The notes beneath the pieces are model-generated. The model was not told the origin of the DNA, searched no databases, and saw only the letters and a list, made by a program, of their open reading frames with translations. 64,000 nucleotides of DNA from the NCBI GenBank assembly GCA_965203905.1, contig CBDBDQ010000005.1, positions 2,688,001-2,752,000 on the forward strand. Direction: 5' to 3'. Shown in pieces: positions 18,714 through 28,694 of the stretch (its first letter is position 1; every line of letters starts with the position of its first letter). The stretch comes from Spirochaetia bacterium (GTDB taxonomy: Bacteria > Spirochaetota > Spirochaetia > SZUA-6 > Bin103). The translations under genes and the position numbers were made by a program.

Positions 18714-19598
18714 GTGGCCGATATCGAGTTGCAGGCGGCGGATCTCGACGTGCAACGGGCGGCGGAGATCTACGCCGAGCACGGCTGCCTGGTGGTGCGC
18801 GGCCTGATGAGCGAGTATGCGGCCGCCATCGGCGCCGACGTGGTGCGCACCATGGAGCAGGCGATTCGGCTCTTCGAGGCCGGCCGCTACAAGGAATCCA
18901 ACGTCGGCCTCGGCACGCCCGACGGCACGCTGCTGATTCCCGCACCCGAGGGCTTCGAACGTGACTGGCAGGTGATGGTGACGAGTTGCCATTACACTAC
19001 CAGCAGCACCTTTCTGCGCTCCGCGTTCGATCCGGGGCTGCTGGGCATCGTGCAGGCGATTCTGGGCGACGAGGTGGAGATCTTCGGCAACGGTCAGACG
19101 CTGTGCAAGGAACCGGCCGGCGGCCACCCCAAGCTGCTGCACCAGGACGCCTCCTACTTCGAGCACAAGTACGAGGGGCCGGTGGGGGTGCTGTGCTACA
19201 CCATCCCCACCACCGTCGAGCGCGGAGCGCTGCACGTGGTGCCTGGATCGCACCGCTTCGAGATCCTGGAGCACGTCGATACCGAGAGCCACCTGGGTCT
19301 CGACCCGACCGAGTGGACCTTCGACAAGGCGCTCCCGATCGAGGGCGACGCCGGCGACGCCATCTTCTTCCACGTCAAGATGATCCACGGCTCGCCGCCG
19401 AACTACTCCACGGTGCCGCGGCCGGTGTTCATCCACCGCTACCGCCGGGCAGACGACTACGCCATAATAAGTGCCTCGACCGTGGAGGACCGCAAGGCGC
19501 GCGCCGCCGAGGTGGCCGAGGCGAAGAAGGAAAACCAGCTCGGCCTGATGGTGTCCGGGTTCCGCGGCTACGCCGGGGAGCGCGACGCCCACATCTGA
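18714..19598 (+). CDS. Phytanoyl-CoA dioxygenase (PhyH) family Fe(II)/2OG dioxygenase
   Basis: GCLVVRGL, LHQD, GALHVVPGSH, GDAIFFH, IHGS...R. Start uncertain (18675-18714). Confidence 0.87.
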   Translation: MADIELQAADLDVQRAAEIYAEHGCLVVRGLMSEYAAAIGADVVRTMEQAIRLFEAGRYKESNVGLGTPDGTLLIPAPEGFERDWQVMVTSCHYTTSSTFLRSAFDPGLLGIVQAILGDEVEIFGNGQTLCKEPAGGHPKLLHQDASYFEHKYEGPVGVLCYTIPTTVERGALHVVPGSHRFEILEHVDTESHLGLDPTEWTFDKALPIEGDAGDAIFFHVKMIHGSPPNYSTVPRPVFIHRYRRADDYAIISASTVEDRKARAAEVAEAKKENQLGLMVSGFRGYAGERDAHI

Positions 19599-19618
19599 GG
19601 GAACGGGGAGGAAGGAAC

Positions 19619-20470
19619 GTGCAGCGAAACTGGAACTGGGCATTGCCCCAGAGTTTCTTCGCCGAACACAGCGGCGGACCCGAGGCCGCGGCAGAGACCT
19701 GCCGCGCCGCCGGTATCGGTGGCCTGGAACCGTTCTGGTCGGCGCTGGAAGGCTGGAGCGAGCGCCGCTACGACGAGGTGGGCGCGATCTACCGCGCCGC
19801 GGGAATTGCCCTGGAGACATTTCATCTCCCATTCGGGGTCGAGTACGACCTCGCTTCGTTCTACGAGAGTGCGCGCCGGGCGGCGGTCGACAGCGTGAGC
19901 ACCTCGATGGAGCGCAGTGTGCGCCTGGGGTCCCGCATCGGCATCCTGCACCCGGGCGGCAACTACGCCCCGGTGGAGGTCGAAGGCGTCGACCCTTACC
20001 TCCGCGCCTTCGGAAGAAGCATCACTACCCTGCTGGAGCGGGCCGCGGCCCTCGAGTACACCCTGGCGGTGGAAAACCTGCCGCCGCGTGACGGGGTGGC
20101 GCGGTTCGGCTCGCGCCCGAAGCACCTTGCGCGCATAGCCGCGGAGTTCGAGCATCCGAACCTGGGGTTCTGCTTCGACACCGGCCACGCGCTGATGACC
20201 GGGCGCGACGCGATCCACGGCTACTTCACGGCCATGGGCTCGCGGCTGGTCGCCTTCCACCTGTCCGACTCGCCGGGAGACCGCGACCTGCACCTGGCTC
20301 CGGGGCACGGCAACGTGGACTGGCCGCGCGTGTTCCGCCACATGGGCGACCTCGGCTTCAGCGGCTACGCCTGCATCGAAACGCCGCCCTTCGCCGCCGG
20401 TCCCGATTACCACCCCGACGCCTGGCGCACGATGGTCGAAGAGACCGACGCCCTCGTCGCCGCCGCTTAG
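19619..20470 (+). CDS. Sugar phosphate isomerase/epimerase (xylose-isomerase-like TIM barrel)
   Basis: [39 protein letters not shown]. Confidence 0.85.
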   Translation: MQRNWNWALPQSFFAEHSGGPEAAAETCRAAGIGGLEPFWSALEGWSERRYDEVGAIYRAAGIALETFHLPFGVEYDLASFYESARRAAVDSVSTSMERSVRLGSRIGILHPGGNYAPVEVEGVDPYLRAFGRSITTLLERAAALEYTLAVENLPPRDGVARFGSRPKHLARIAAEFEHPNLGFCFDTGHALMTGRDAIHGYFTAMGSRLVAFHLSDSPGDRDLHLAPGHGNVDWPRVFRHMGDLGFSGYACIETPPFAAGPDYHPDAWRTMVEETDALVAAA

Positions 20471-20904
20471 CTGACTGCTTTCTTTACCAGGGCTGCGATT
20501 GTGGCCTCTTCGGTGGGGGTCAGCTCCTTCAGTGCGAAGGAGGTCGGCCACATGGCGCCGTGGTCGAGGTTGGCCGTGTCGTTGAAGCCGAAGGTGGCGT
20601 ACCTCGCTTCGAACTTCGCTGCGCCCTGGAAGAAGCAGATCACCTTGCCGTCCTTGGCATAGGCGGGCATGCCGTACCAGGTCTTCGGCATCAGGTCCGG
20701 TGCGGCGGCTTGGACGATCTCATGGATTCGCTCGGCCATGGCGCGATCCGGCTCCGGCATCTCGGCGAACTTGGCCCGCACGTCCCGCTCGCCCTCTTCT
20801 CTGGTCTTCTTGGCGCGCGCTTCCGCCCGCAACTCGCGCGCACGCTCCCTCATCGCGGCTCGTTCCTCGGCCGTGAATGTGCTCGTGCTCTTCTTTGCGC
20901 TCAT
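20467..20904 (-). CDS. DUF1801 (YdhG-like) domain protein
   Basis: [46 protein letters not shown]. Confidence 0.85.
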   Translation of the reverse strand: MSAKKSTSTFTAEERAAMRERARELRAEARAKKTREEGERDVRAKFAEMPEPDRAMAERIHEIVQAAAPDLMPKTWYGMPAYAKDGKVICFFQGAAKFEARYATFGFNDTANLDHGAMWPTSFALKELTPTEEATIAALVKKAVS

Positions 20905-20964
20905 GGAATCCTCCTCACCGCCGTTTGCCCCCGATACTACCTCTGCGTGAGCGGTCGGGGCACC

Positions 20965-21894
20965 TCAGAACTGCTCGCGGGTGGCCCAGGCCTTGATCAG
21001 GTGGTGGGCGATGGCGATGGGTCCGGGCACGGTCAGCACCGCGCTGTTGCCGTTTAGGGCCAGCAGCACCTCGCGGCGCTCGAACCAGTGTACGGCGGAC
21101 ATCTCCTCGTCGTCGATGCTGATGGTGGTGCTGGCGGCCTCGGCCAGGCAGCCGATCATCAGCGAGCAGGGGAACGGCCACGGCTGCGAGGAGTGGTAGC
21201 GCACGTTCCTGACGCGGATGCCCGCCTCTTCCATCACCTCGCGCGCCACCGCCTCCTCGATCGCCTCCCCCTGGTCCACGAACCCGGCCAGGGCGGAGTA
21301 CATCCGCAGGCGGGACAGGCGCCCGCGCGACTGCCCGAGCAGGCAGCGGTCGGTGGCGGGGTCGGCGACCACGGTGATCACCACCGGGTCGGTGCGCGGG
21401 AAGTGCTGGGCGTGGCAGGCGGGACACACTCGTACCTGGCCGCCGCGCCGAATGACCGTGGGCCGGCCGCAGGCCGCGCAGAAGCCGTGGCGGCTGTGCC
21501 AGTCCAGGTGCGAGCGCGCCTGCGCCAGGATACCGGTCTCCCGACCCGCCAGCACCCCTCCCGCGGTGCGGCAGTCCTCGAAGCGCCAGCCGCGTTCCGT
21601 CTCGATCCGGGCGACCGCCTCCGGGAACGGCGACAGGTCCACCGCGAAGTGCGCCAGCTCCTGCAACAGGCCCAGGAACATCGGCTCCGCGTCCGGCGCC
21701 AGCGAGCGGACCCGCTCCGTCCCCAGCCAGCCGAGCGCCGGCTGCGAACCCTCGTGCAGCAGCACCTCCAGGTCGTGGAACGGCAGGAAGCGGCTGCCGG
21801 CGGCGCGCCCCACGGCTTCGATCCAGGCCTCGTCGCGGCGCTCCCGCTCGCCGCGGTCGAGCGGGTTGCCGGCGAATGGATGCGGTTCTCTCAT
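20965..21894 (-). CDS. nudC: NAD(+) diphosphatase / NADH pyrophosphatase
   Basis: Zn finger FCAACG...CPAC, FPRTDPVVI, Nudix AGFVDQGEAIEEAVAREVMEEAGI, SQPWPFP. Confidence 0.93.
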   Translation of the reverse strand: MREPHPFAGNPLDRGERERRDEAWIEAVGRAAGSRFLPFHDLEVLLHEGSQPALGWLGTERVRSLAPDAEPMFLGLLQELAHFAVDLSPFPEAVARIETERGWRFEDCRTAGGVLAGRETGILAQARSHLDWHSRHGFCAACGRPTVIRRGGQVRVCPACHAQHFPRTDPVVITVVADPATDRCLLGQSRGRLSRLRMYSALAGFVDQGEAIEEAVAREVMEEAGIRVRNVRYHSSQPWPFPCSLMIGCLAEAASTTISIDDEEMSAVHWFERREVLLALNGNSAVLTVPGPIAIAHHLIKAWATREQF

Positions 21895-22002
21895 CTCCTC
21901 GGCTGCGGCGACTGTACCAGGGTTGTGCGCGGGAGGCGAGACGACGAGGGCGCGGCATGGCGCGGCGGTAGACGCGATGCCCCTGGTGGAGCAGGGTAGG
22001 CC

Positions 22003-23127
22003 ATGGCCGTGGAAGCCACCTTCGACGTCCTGATCGTGGGCGCCGGCGCGTGCGGCGCGACCACCGCTTACTTCCTGAGTGGCGAAGGGCTGAAGACCGG
22101 GCTGCTGGACCAGGGACGCGCCGGGCGCGAGGCGTCCTGGGCTTCGGCGGGCATGATCGGGCCCCGTTCCTCGCCGCCACGCGATCCCTGGTTCCTGCAG
22201 GCGACCACGACCTCGCGGCAGCTCTACGACCGGTTTGCGGAGGAGTTGCCCGAGCAGACCGGGTCCCGTTTCGGCTACGGCGGCGAGGGCGCGCTGCTGC
22301 TGGCGCGCACCGGCGTGGAACTCGACCTGCTCGACGCAGCGGCCGGGCCGCCGCATCCGGCGGTGCCGCAGCGGCGGCTCGACGCGCGCGAGGCCCGCGA
22401 GCGCGAACCGGCACTGCCCGCTGACGTCGTGGGCGCGGTGTGGTGCCCCGAGGACCGCTTCCTCGACGCGCGCCAGTACACGGCCACCGTGCTGCGGGCG
22501 GCCGTGCTCCGCGGAGTGGATCTCCTGGAGGGCGTGCCCGTCACCGGGCTGGAGTGGGATGGCGACCGCGTGATCGGCGTGCGTTCGGCCGACCGCTGCT
22601 GGCACGCCGGGACCGTCATCAATACGGCGGGCGCATGGGCCGGCGGCATCGATCCCCGCCTCACCCATCCCGTGTACCCGGACCACGGCCAGATCATGGC
22701 GGTGCAGGGCCCGCTACGCGGCTTGCGCCACAACCTGTCGCGCGTCGGCGCCGAGGGTTACGCCACCCCGCGTCCGGACGGCCGGGTGATCTTCGGCGCC
22801 ACCCACGAGCTGTGGGGATACCAGAAGAAAATCACGGCCGACGGGTTCGCCTTCCTGGCCGCGACCGTGGACGAGCTGCTGCCGGCCCTGCACGACGCCC
22901 CGGTGCTGGAGCTATGGTCGGGGCTGCGTCCGGGAACGCCGGACGGACTGCCCACCGTGGGGCCCGATCCGCGGGTGCGCGGCGGCTACCTTTGGGGCGC
23001 CGGCCACGCCTCCTCCGGCATGCAGCAGATGCCGGCCACCGCGCAGGTGCTCACCGACCTGACGCTGCAGCGCGCGCCACGGCTGCCGATCCATCAGCTC
23101 GCCATCCGGCGCTACCTGGCAACCTGA
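22003..23127 (+). CDS. FAD-dependent oxidoreductase (glycine oxidase/D-amino acid oxidase family)
   Basis: VGAGACG, ASWASAGMI, AGAWA, WSGLRPGTPDGLP, GAGH. Confidence 0.87.
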   Translation: MAVEATFDVLIVGAGACGATTAYFLSGEGLKTGLLDQGRAGREASWASAGMIGPRSSPPRDPWFLQATTTSRQLYDRFAEELPEQTGSRFGYGGEGALLLARTGVELDLLDAAAGPPHPAVPQRRLDAREAREREPALPADVVGAVWCPEDRFLDARQYTATVLRAAVLRGVDLLEGVPVTGLEWDGDRVIGVRSADRCWHAGTVINTAGAWAGGIDPRLTHPVYPDHGQIMAVQGPLRGLRHNLSRVGAEGYATPRPDGRVIFGATHELWGYQKKITADGFAFLAATVDELLPALHDAPVLELWSGLRPGTPDGLPTVGPDPRVRGGYLWGAGHASSGMQQMPATAQVLTDLTLQRAPRLPIHQLAIRRYLAT

Positions 23128-23199
23128 CCCCACCCGCCGGCAGCGTGCACCACTCGGCAGGACTCGGTCGACGGTGGTATAGAATAGACGTATTCTATA

Positions 23200-23287
23200 T
23201 CGATTATCCCGAAGAAAAACAAATGCCGAAGTTTGTGGGTAATCCGTTGCGGTGCAAACAGATAGCTCTGCAAACTTCGGCATAATG
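23200..23287. repeat. RIT left terminal inverted repeat (88 bp)
   Basis: Reverse complement of 26583-26670 with 1 mismatch. Confidence 0.95.
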
Positions 23288-23295
23288 TTTGGGTG

Positions 23296-24324
23296 CTATA
23301 GACCGCACAGCTTTCTCAGGTTGTCGTCATCTTTCCATGCCGGTGTCTCGTCGGCCAATCCAGAATCTGCCTGTTCCAGGGCTTGGCGCAGCATCTGTAC
23401 GTCGGCGGAAGCATAGATCTCCGTGGTTGTGACGCTTGCGTGTCCCAGGAATTCCGCAATATAGGGAAGCGGCATCCCGGACTGATAGAGGTGCATGGCA
23501 CGGGTATGTCGCAACAGATGAGGATGCACCCGGTGCGGCACATCAGAACATGTCTTGCGTGCGCTCTCGCCGTAGTTCTTGAGCAGTACGCTGATGGCAT
23601 CGGTGGACAGCCTGTGCGGTCGCCCTGCACGCGTGGAATAGAACAGCGCATTATCGTCGCTGGAGTCCGCTCCAACATGGAACTGACGTAGATACTGCTG
23701 CAGATGGGCAACGGTTTTGACCATGAGCGGAATACTTCTAGGTTTGCGTCCTTTTCCGGTGACCACTACGAATGGAGTCTGGGTCTTCAGATGGACATCG
23801 CTGACCTTCAGGTCGACCAGTTCCTGTACTCTGGTGCCAGTGTCGTACAACAGAATAATGATCATCCTGTTGCGTCGGCCCTTGATGGTAGCAGTATCCG
23901 GTTGCACGAGCAGCGCCATCAGCGCATCCTTGGACAGGTATCCGACCGGTGTCCTGGACGCCTTGCGCGATGGAATGTTGTTCACCTCCTGGTACACCGA
24001 TTGCAGGCTGATGTCTTCATCGGCACAGTACCGGAGCAGTGACTTGAGCGCAGACAGCCTGAGATTGCAGGTTGTGACCGCGCACTTTCTCGTTCCTAGC
24101 CATTGGATGTACTTGGTTACCAAGTCGCGGGTAAGATGGTCGAACGACACGTTCGAGAACTTGACTTGGCGGTGTTCTTCCAGAAACACACAGAAACTGC
24201 GTATGGACTGTCTGTAGGAGTCGACGGTGTGTGCACTGAGACCGCGTATCTTGGGCAGGTGAACAGTGAGGTAATCGCGCACGTACTTCCAGAACTGTTG
24301 GCCACGTGCTCTAGTCTGCGCCAT
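23296..24324 (-). CDS. Tyrosine recombinase (RitC-like)
   Basis: LSAHTVDSYR, LYDTGTRVQE, GKGRK, HPHLLRHT, LGHASVTTTEIY. Confidence 0.93.
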   Translation of the reverse strand: MAQTRARGQQFWKYVRDYLTVHLPKIRGLSAHTVDSYRQSIRSFCVFLEEHRQVKFSNVSFDHLTRDLVTKYIQWLGTRKCAVTTCNLRLSALKSLLRYCADEDISLQSVYQEVNNIPSRKASRTPVGYLSKDALMALLVQPDTATIKGRRNRMIIILLYDTGTRVQELVDLKVSDVHLKTQTPFVVVTGKGRKPRSIPLMVKTVAHLQQYLRQFHVGADSSDDNALFYSTRAGRPHRLSTDAISVLLKNYGESARKTCSDVPHRVHPHLLRHTRAMHLYQSGMPLPYIAEFLGHASVTTTEIYASADVQMLRQALEQADSGLADETPAWKDDDNLRKLCGL

Positions 24325-25279
24325 GGTCCACCTCCGGAAGCAGATCTTCGGTGGCGCTCACCTTGGCCGAGAAGGTAGCGAAGAACTCCGGAACCAAGTG
24401 CAGGTAATAATCGGTGCTCGTGATGCTGGCGTGCCCCATGTACCTGCTCAGATAGGGGAGCATGGCGTTTGCATCGACGCCCGCAGCGATCCACCGGTTC
24501 AGATTGCTGAGCGCGAAGTGATGCCTGAAATCGTACGCCCGCGGACGCTTGCCGGATCCCTTGCCAAGACCGGCCGCGTTCCAGATTCTGGCAAACGCCG
24601 CGCCCACTCCACCGCGCTCGTAGCAACGCGCTCTCGTGGTGGGAAAGAAGTAGACTCTGTCGGGATAGATGGCAGATACCCGGGTGTCATAGGTGCGTAG
24701 CAGATCGCGCAGATCGTGCGCCACGGGGATTCTGCGACTGCGACAGCCTTTCGACTGCATGATGTCAATGTCGCCGCTGTGCAGATCAACATCACCGGCT
24801 CGTAGTGTTCTGGCCTCACAGGTTCTGAGGCCACAGCAATAGAGGACTCGGAAGAACACCGGCAGGACGATGTGCCGAGCCCGCATCGCGGCATGCGGAC
24901 GGAGCTGGTCGCAGGCCGTGAAGAATGCAGCAATCTCTTGAGCGGTAAAGAAATGCGGTACATGCCGATGGATCTTCCCGGAGCCGGCGCCCGGCACTAC
25001 GAAGGCATCGCTGTGGCCGAGCGACTGCAAGTGCCTGCCGAGCTCACGGATGGGTGATATGCGGGTACGATGGGTGCCTGGGTCTTCGCCGTCCCTGATC
25101 TGCGCCCAGCCCCGGACCAACTCACCGGTCAGAGCTCTGCATGCAGAATGCAAGGTGGCGTACCGGTCGAAATCGTGGAGGTAAAACGCAGCGGTTTCAT
25201 AACCATATCCGGCTGCCTGTTTGGTTGCCACCATGTGCGCGATGAATGGCGCAAACGCGCTTGTGTAATCAGAGTTCAT
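24311..25279 (-). CDS. Tyrosine recombinase (RitB-like)
   Basis: LYCCGLRTCE, SKG, YDFRHHFA, YLSRYMGHASITSTDYY; ATGA overlap with upstream gene. Confidence 0.92.
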   Translation of the reverse strand: MNSDYTSAFAPFIAHMVATKQAAGYGYETAAFYLHDFDRYATLHSACRALTGELVRGWAQIRDGEDPGTHRTRISPIRELGRHLQSLGHSDAFVVPGAGSGKIHRHVPHFFTAQEIAAFFTACDQLRPHAAMRARHIVLPVFFRVLYCCGLRTCEARTLRAGDVDLHSGDIDIMQSKGCRSRRIPVAHDLRDLLRTYDTRVSAIYPDRVYFFPTTRARCYERGGVGAAFARIWNAAGLGKGSGKRPRAYDFRHHFALSNLNRWIAAGVDANAMLPYLSRYMGHASITSTDYYLHLVPEFFATFSAKVSATEDLLPEVDHGAD

Positions 25280-26508
25280 GACAAACCTGGGCACTGCACG
25301 GGAATCGTAGCGAGGTCTAACGCGCACTCTCTCATGCGGTCTCGATCAGTGGTCAGGTAGATCTCGGTGGAAGCTTTGTCAGCGTGTCCAAGGAGTGACG
25401 AAATGGTAGTGATAGGGACGCCTTTGGAGAGCATCCTGGAGGCCGCCGAGTGGCGCAGGAGATGGACTCCCTTGCGTTCGCTACCGACTCGTATTCCGGC
25501 CCGATGGAAGGCGCGCCGAAGCACCGCGTAGCAGGCCGAGTGGCCCGACAGAGGTGTGAACGGGGCTATTGCTCGAACGAATACCCTGGGAGTGTCCGTG
25601 TCAGGACGTTCATCCAGCAGGTAGGCGGCTAGCGCGTTGCCAACATCCGTGGTCAGCGGCAGCTTAAAGGGAACTCCGGTCTTCGACTGGGGGATAGTGA
25701 TGGTGTCGTTAACCCAGTCGATATCGGTGAGCGTGATGTTCACGATGTCTATGGAGCGCAAGCCGGTACGCAGCGCCAACAGGATGATGGCCTTGTCGCG
25801 AAATGACAGTTGGTTACGCTGCAGCAGCACCTTCAGAGCATCATGTTCCTGATCCGAAAGGATCGGTATGATTGGTTTGTTGCGGAGACAGCGTGAAGGA
25901 ACTGCCAAGAGCAGCTCCTGGGCTTCACAGAAGCGCAGGAACGAGCGCATATTGGAGGCCACAACGTGAATACTGGTAGGACGGTATGTGGACAGCATAT
26001 GCTGAAAGAATGTCGCCACCATGGCGGTGCTGGCCAACGCCAGAGAACTGCAACCATGGTTCTCCAGGAACAGCAGAAACCTTCGAGTCGTATACGCGCA
26101 TGACTGTATCGTGTTTTCACTTCTGTTGCAGGATCGAAGATTGTCAATGAAGCTCTCGTACAGTCCCAGGAACTCTTCCGATGCCGGCATCGGATGGACA
26201 TGGAACGTATACGGCTTCCAGCTTAGTGATTGCGTCTCGGCATACTCACGCAACAGCAATGAAGCCCGTCTGAGATGGTCTCGCCGGCAACGACCGATTG
26301 CGTCCGTTCCGTACTTGTCCTCGATATCACTCAGAAAACTCTCGATCAGTCTGTCGGAGAAGAAGCCGGATTCTCTCTGTGCTGCGAACTTCCGGAGTCT
26401 GCCATACGCTCTTCGATAATGGGCGAAGGTTGCAGCACCGAGACCGAACTTTGCGATCTCCTGCAGGACGCTCTTGATCAGATCGTCCAACAATAGGCGG
26501 TCGTGCAT
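25276..26508 (-). CDS. Tyrosine recombinase (RitA-like)
   Basis: RDKAIILLALRTGLR, QSKTG, HLLRHS, LLGHADKASTEIY. Confidence 0.93.
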   Translation of the reverse strand: MHDRLLLDDLIKSVLQEIAKFGLGAATFAHYRRAYGRLRKFAAQRESGFFSDRLIESFLSDIEDKYGTDAIGRCRRDHLRRASLLLREYAETQSLSWKPYTFHVHPMPASEEFLGLYESFIDNLRSCNRSENTIQSCAYTTRRFLLFLENHGCSSLALASTAMVATFFQHMLSTYRPTSIHVVASNMRSFLRFCEAQELLLAVPSRCLRNKPIIPILSDQEHDALKVLLQRNQLSFRDKAIILLALRTGLRSIDIVNITLTDIDWVNDTITIPQSKTGVPFKLPLTTDVGNALAAYLLDERPDTDTPRVFVRAIAPFTPLSGHSACYAVLRRAFHRAGIRVGSERKGVHLLRHSAASRMLSKGVPITTISSLLGHADKASTEIYLTTDRDRMRECALDLATIPVQCPGLS

Positions 26509-26582
26509 AATGCACCTCCCTGATGGTGTCCAGATAATGATCTGGCACTGTCATCATAGAAGGGCCTTGCCGATCAGCAAAT

Positions 26583-26670
26583 CATTATGCCGAAGTTTAC
26601 AGAGCTATCTGTTTGCACCGCAACGGATTACCCACAAACTTCGGCATTTGTTTTTCTTCGGGATAATCGA
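26583..26670. repeat. RIT right terminal inverted repeat (88 bp)
   Basis: Inverted copy of 23200-23287. Confidence 0.95.
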
Positions 26671-26699
26671 CAAAATCCCGAATTCGGGATTTTGTCGAT
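26666..26699. repeat. Perfect 34 bp palindrome at the RIT junction (probable target site)
   Basis: atcgacaaaatcccgaattcgggattttgtcgat. Confidence 0.9.
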
Positions 26700-26712
26700 A
26701 ACGGGATAGAAT

Positions 26713-27743
26713 GTGGATATTCCCTGCGTAAGCCGCCACGGAGAAGTGGAAGTCCGGCGGTTCATCGCCGATCGTACGCCCCACAAACCCTCACGCGCCT
26801 GTTTCGCCCCCACACGCGCTATCCCGTGGGTCGGGTGCGCCGCTTCATCCTCGGCCCGTTCTCTTTCTCGGAGTTCCTGCGGGCGCTGAGCCTGCCAAAT
26901 CTCGCGGAACAGGTGCTGTGCGCCGACCGTGCGATCAGCAGGCAGCGCCACGCGCGGCTGCTGGAACTGTTCGATGCCTTCCTCGCCGTTGGCGGCCTGC
27001 CGGCGGTGGTGCACGCATATGCCTCCGGAATGGACCACCAGCTGATGCTCAGGCAGATCGTGGCGGATTACGAGCAGGACTTCATCCGTATCTTCGGTGA
27101 GGAGCACAGCGACATCGCGCGTGCCTGCCTGCGCGCCGTTGCCAACTTCGCCGGCAGCGTGTCGAAGAACACCACGGTGGTGCCGTCGCCGAGCAACAGC
27201 GTCAACGCGCGCCTAAACCAGATCTTCGCACGACTGGAGAGCTGGCATCTGATCCTGCGTTCCGATCAGAAGGGACCGAACCCCCAGGCCAGCCACGGCT
27301 ATTTGCCCAAGCGATACCTGTTCGACACCGGCGTCCTGCGCGAACTGCGCGCGTCCGCCGTCCCGGCCATCAGCGCGGTGTACACCCTCTCCGCCGCGGC
27401 GCGGACGCCCCTCGGCGCGGTGATCGAGAACCAAACGGCTATCGAGCTGGCGCGTTCGGGCGCCGAGCTGTCCGGCTGGAAGAAAGGCTCATCCGGAACG
27501 GAGATAGACTTCATCGTGAAACGCGGCGCAGTCACGACTCCGGTCGAGTGCAAGGCGGCTCTCGCCGTGAACCGCAAGCACATGCGGGGACTGGTCGGCT
27601 ACCTGCGATTGCACGGACTGAGGAGCGGCCATCTGGTGAGCCTGGCACCGTACCGGACCGACACCCTGGACGACGGCGAAATCGTGAACCTGCCGGCCTA
27701 TCTCTTGGAGCGCCTGGCGGCTACGCGCCCTCGGGCGTGCTGA
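26713..27743 (+). pseudogene. AAA_14/DUF4143 ATPase with Walker A/B region deleted and frameshifted
   Basis: GTG 26713 gives MDIPCVSRHGEVEVRRFIADRTPHK; another frame resumes at ~26787 with TLTRLFRPHTRYPVGRV...PFSFSEFL, GGLP, KRYLFDTG, EIDFI, PVECK. No GxRQVGK motif. Confidence 0.75.
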
Positions 27744-28575
27744 ACAGAGAACGGAAGAAAGAAACCTCCCGCTGCATGGCCGCCAGGTGGCCGCCGGGCG
27801 GGTCCTGGTATTCGCAGTGAATGGACAGCGGGCCGGCGAACGCCAGCCGCCGCAGGGTGGCGCGCACGGAGCTCCAGTCCACCATGCCGGCGCCCGCCTC
27901 CACCCACCTGATGGCGGGAGCGCCGTGGGACAGGGACGCCCCCTGCGCGCCGTCGGCCGCGCGCTGCTCGCGTACCAGCAGGGCGTCCTTGAGACCGATG
28001 ATGGCGAGGTGCTCTGCCACGATCGCCGAGCCGGTGGCGAACTCCTCGCCCTCGATCAGCAGATGGCAGGGGTCCAGATAGGCGCCGATCAGGGTCGGAT
28101 CGAAGCCGCGCAGCAGGTGGGCGAGCATGCCGGCGTTGAGGCCCAGGTTGCCGCGGGAGTGGGTGTGGTAGCAGACCTTGACCCGGTAGCGGGACGCCAG
28201 CTCGCTCCAGCCGGCCAGCGCGGCGCGGGTGCGCTCCACCGCTGCCCAGTAGTCCTCGCGCAGTGGGTCGAAGGCGAAGTAGCCGAGCTTGAGCAGGCGT
28301 ACGTCGGCGGCGTCCATGGCGACCATGACCGGGTGCGCGGCCGGATGGTCGGGCCACAGCAGGTCGAAGGGCCCGGTGACCATCGGCACCGCCAGGCCTG
28401 CGGCCTGCAGGTCGCGGACGGCGGCCACCAGGGTGGTGGCGGCGGTCTCGGGCTGCACCGGGTGGCCGGCGCGCACGCACAGGTCGTAGCCGTCCACGCC
28501 CAGGGCATGGCCGCGCTCGATGAGCTGCGGCACGTCGTGGTCGCTCAGGCTCTTGGTGAACAGGACCAGTGGCAT
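27721..28575 (-). CDS. Sugar phosphate isomerase/epimerase family TIM-barrel protein
   Basis: LFTKSL, GYDLCVRAGHPV, YHTHS, YLDPCH, GAGMVDW, SIHCEY. Confidence 0.82.
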   Translation of the reverse strand: MPLVLFTKSLSDHDVPQLIERGHALGVDGYDLCVRAGHPVQPETAATTLVAAVRDLQAAGLAVPMVTGPFDLLWPDHPAAHPVMVAMDAADVRLLKLGYFAFDPLREDYWAAVERTRAALAGWSELASRYRVKVCYHTHSRGNLGLNAGMLAHLLRGFDPTLIGAYLDPCHLLIEGEEFATGSAIVAEHLAIIGLKDALLVREQRAADGAQGASLSHGAPAIRWVEAGAGMVDWSSVRATLRRLAFAGPLSIHCEYQDPPGGHLAAMQREVSFFRSLFSTPEGA

Positions 28576-28694
28576 CGCCTGACGGTAGCAGCGTTGTGCG
28601 CTATGGTGCCAGCCGGCGGCGCACCAGGCAGGGCATGCAGGCATGCGTGCGCGAATTCGTCAAGATGGGCGAAGTAGGTCAATCTCCGGTTCCA

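Larger units (their letters stand above)
23200..26670 (-). mobile_element. RIT element (Recombinase In Trio)
   Basis: Three overlapping tyrosine recombinase genes bounded by 88 bp inverted repeats with T(T/A)AT(G/C)CCG-like cores; lower GC than host. Confidence 0.92.

Noticed and set aside
22003-23127. Assigning the symbol thiO
   Set aside because: Family is clear, but no thiS/thiG or TPP riboswitch is nearby and the GHxRNG motif is altered (GHASSG).
23296-26508. Prophage or integron interpretation of the three integrases
   Set aside because: No phage genes or attC sites; the trio arrangement and terminal repeats fit RIT.
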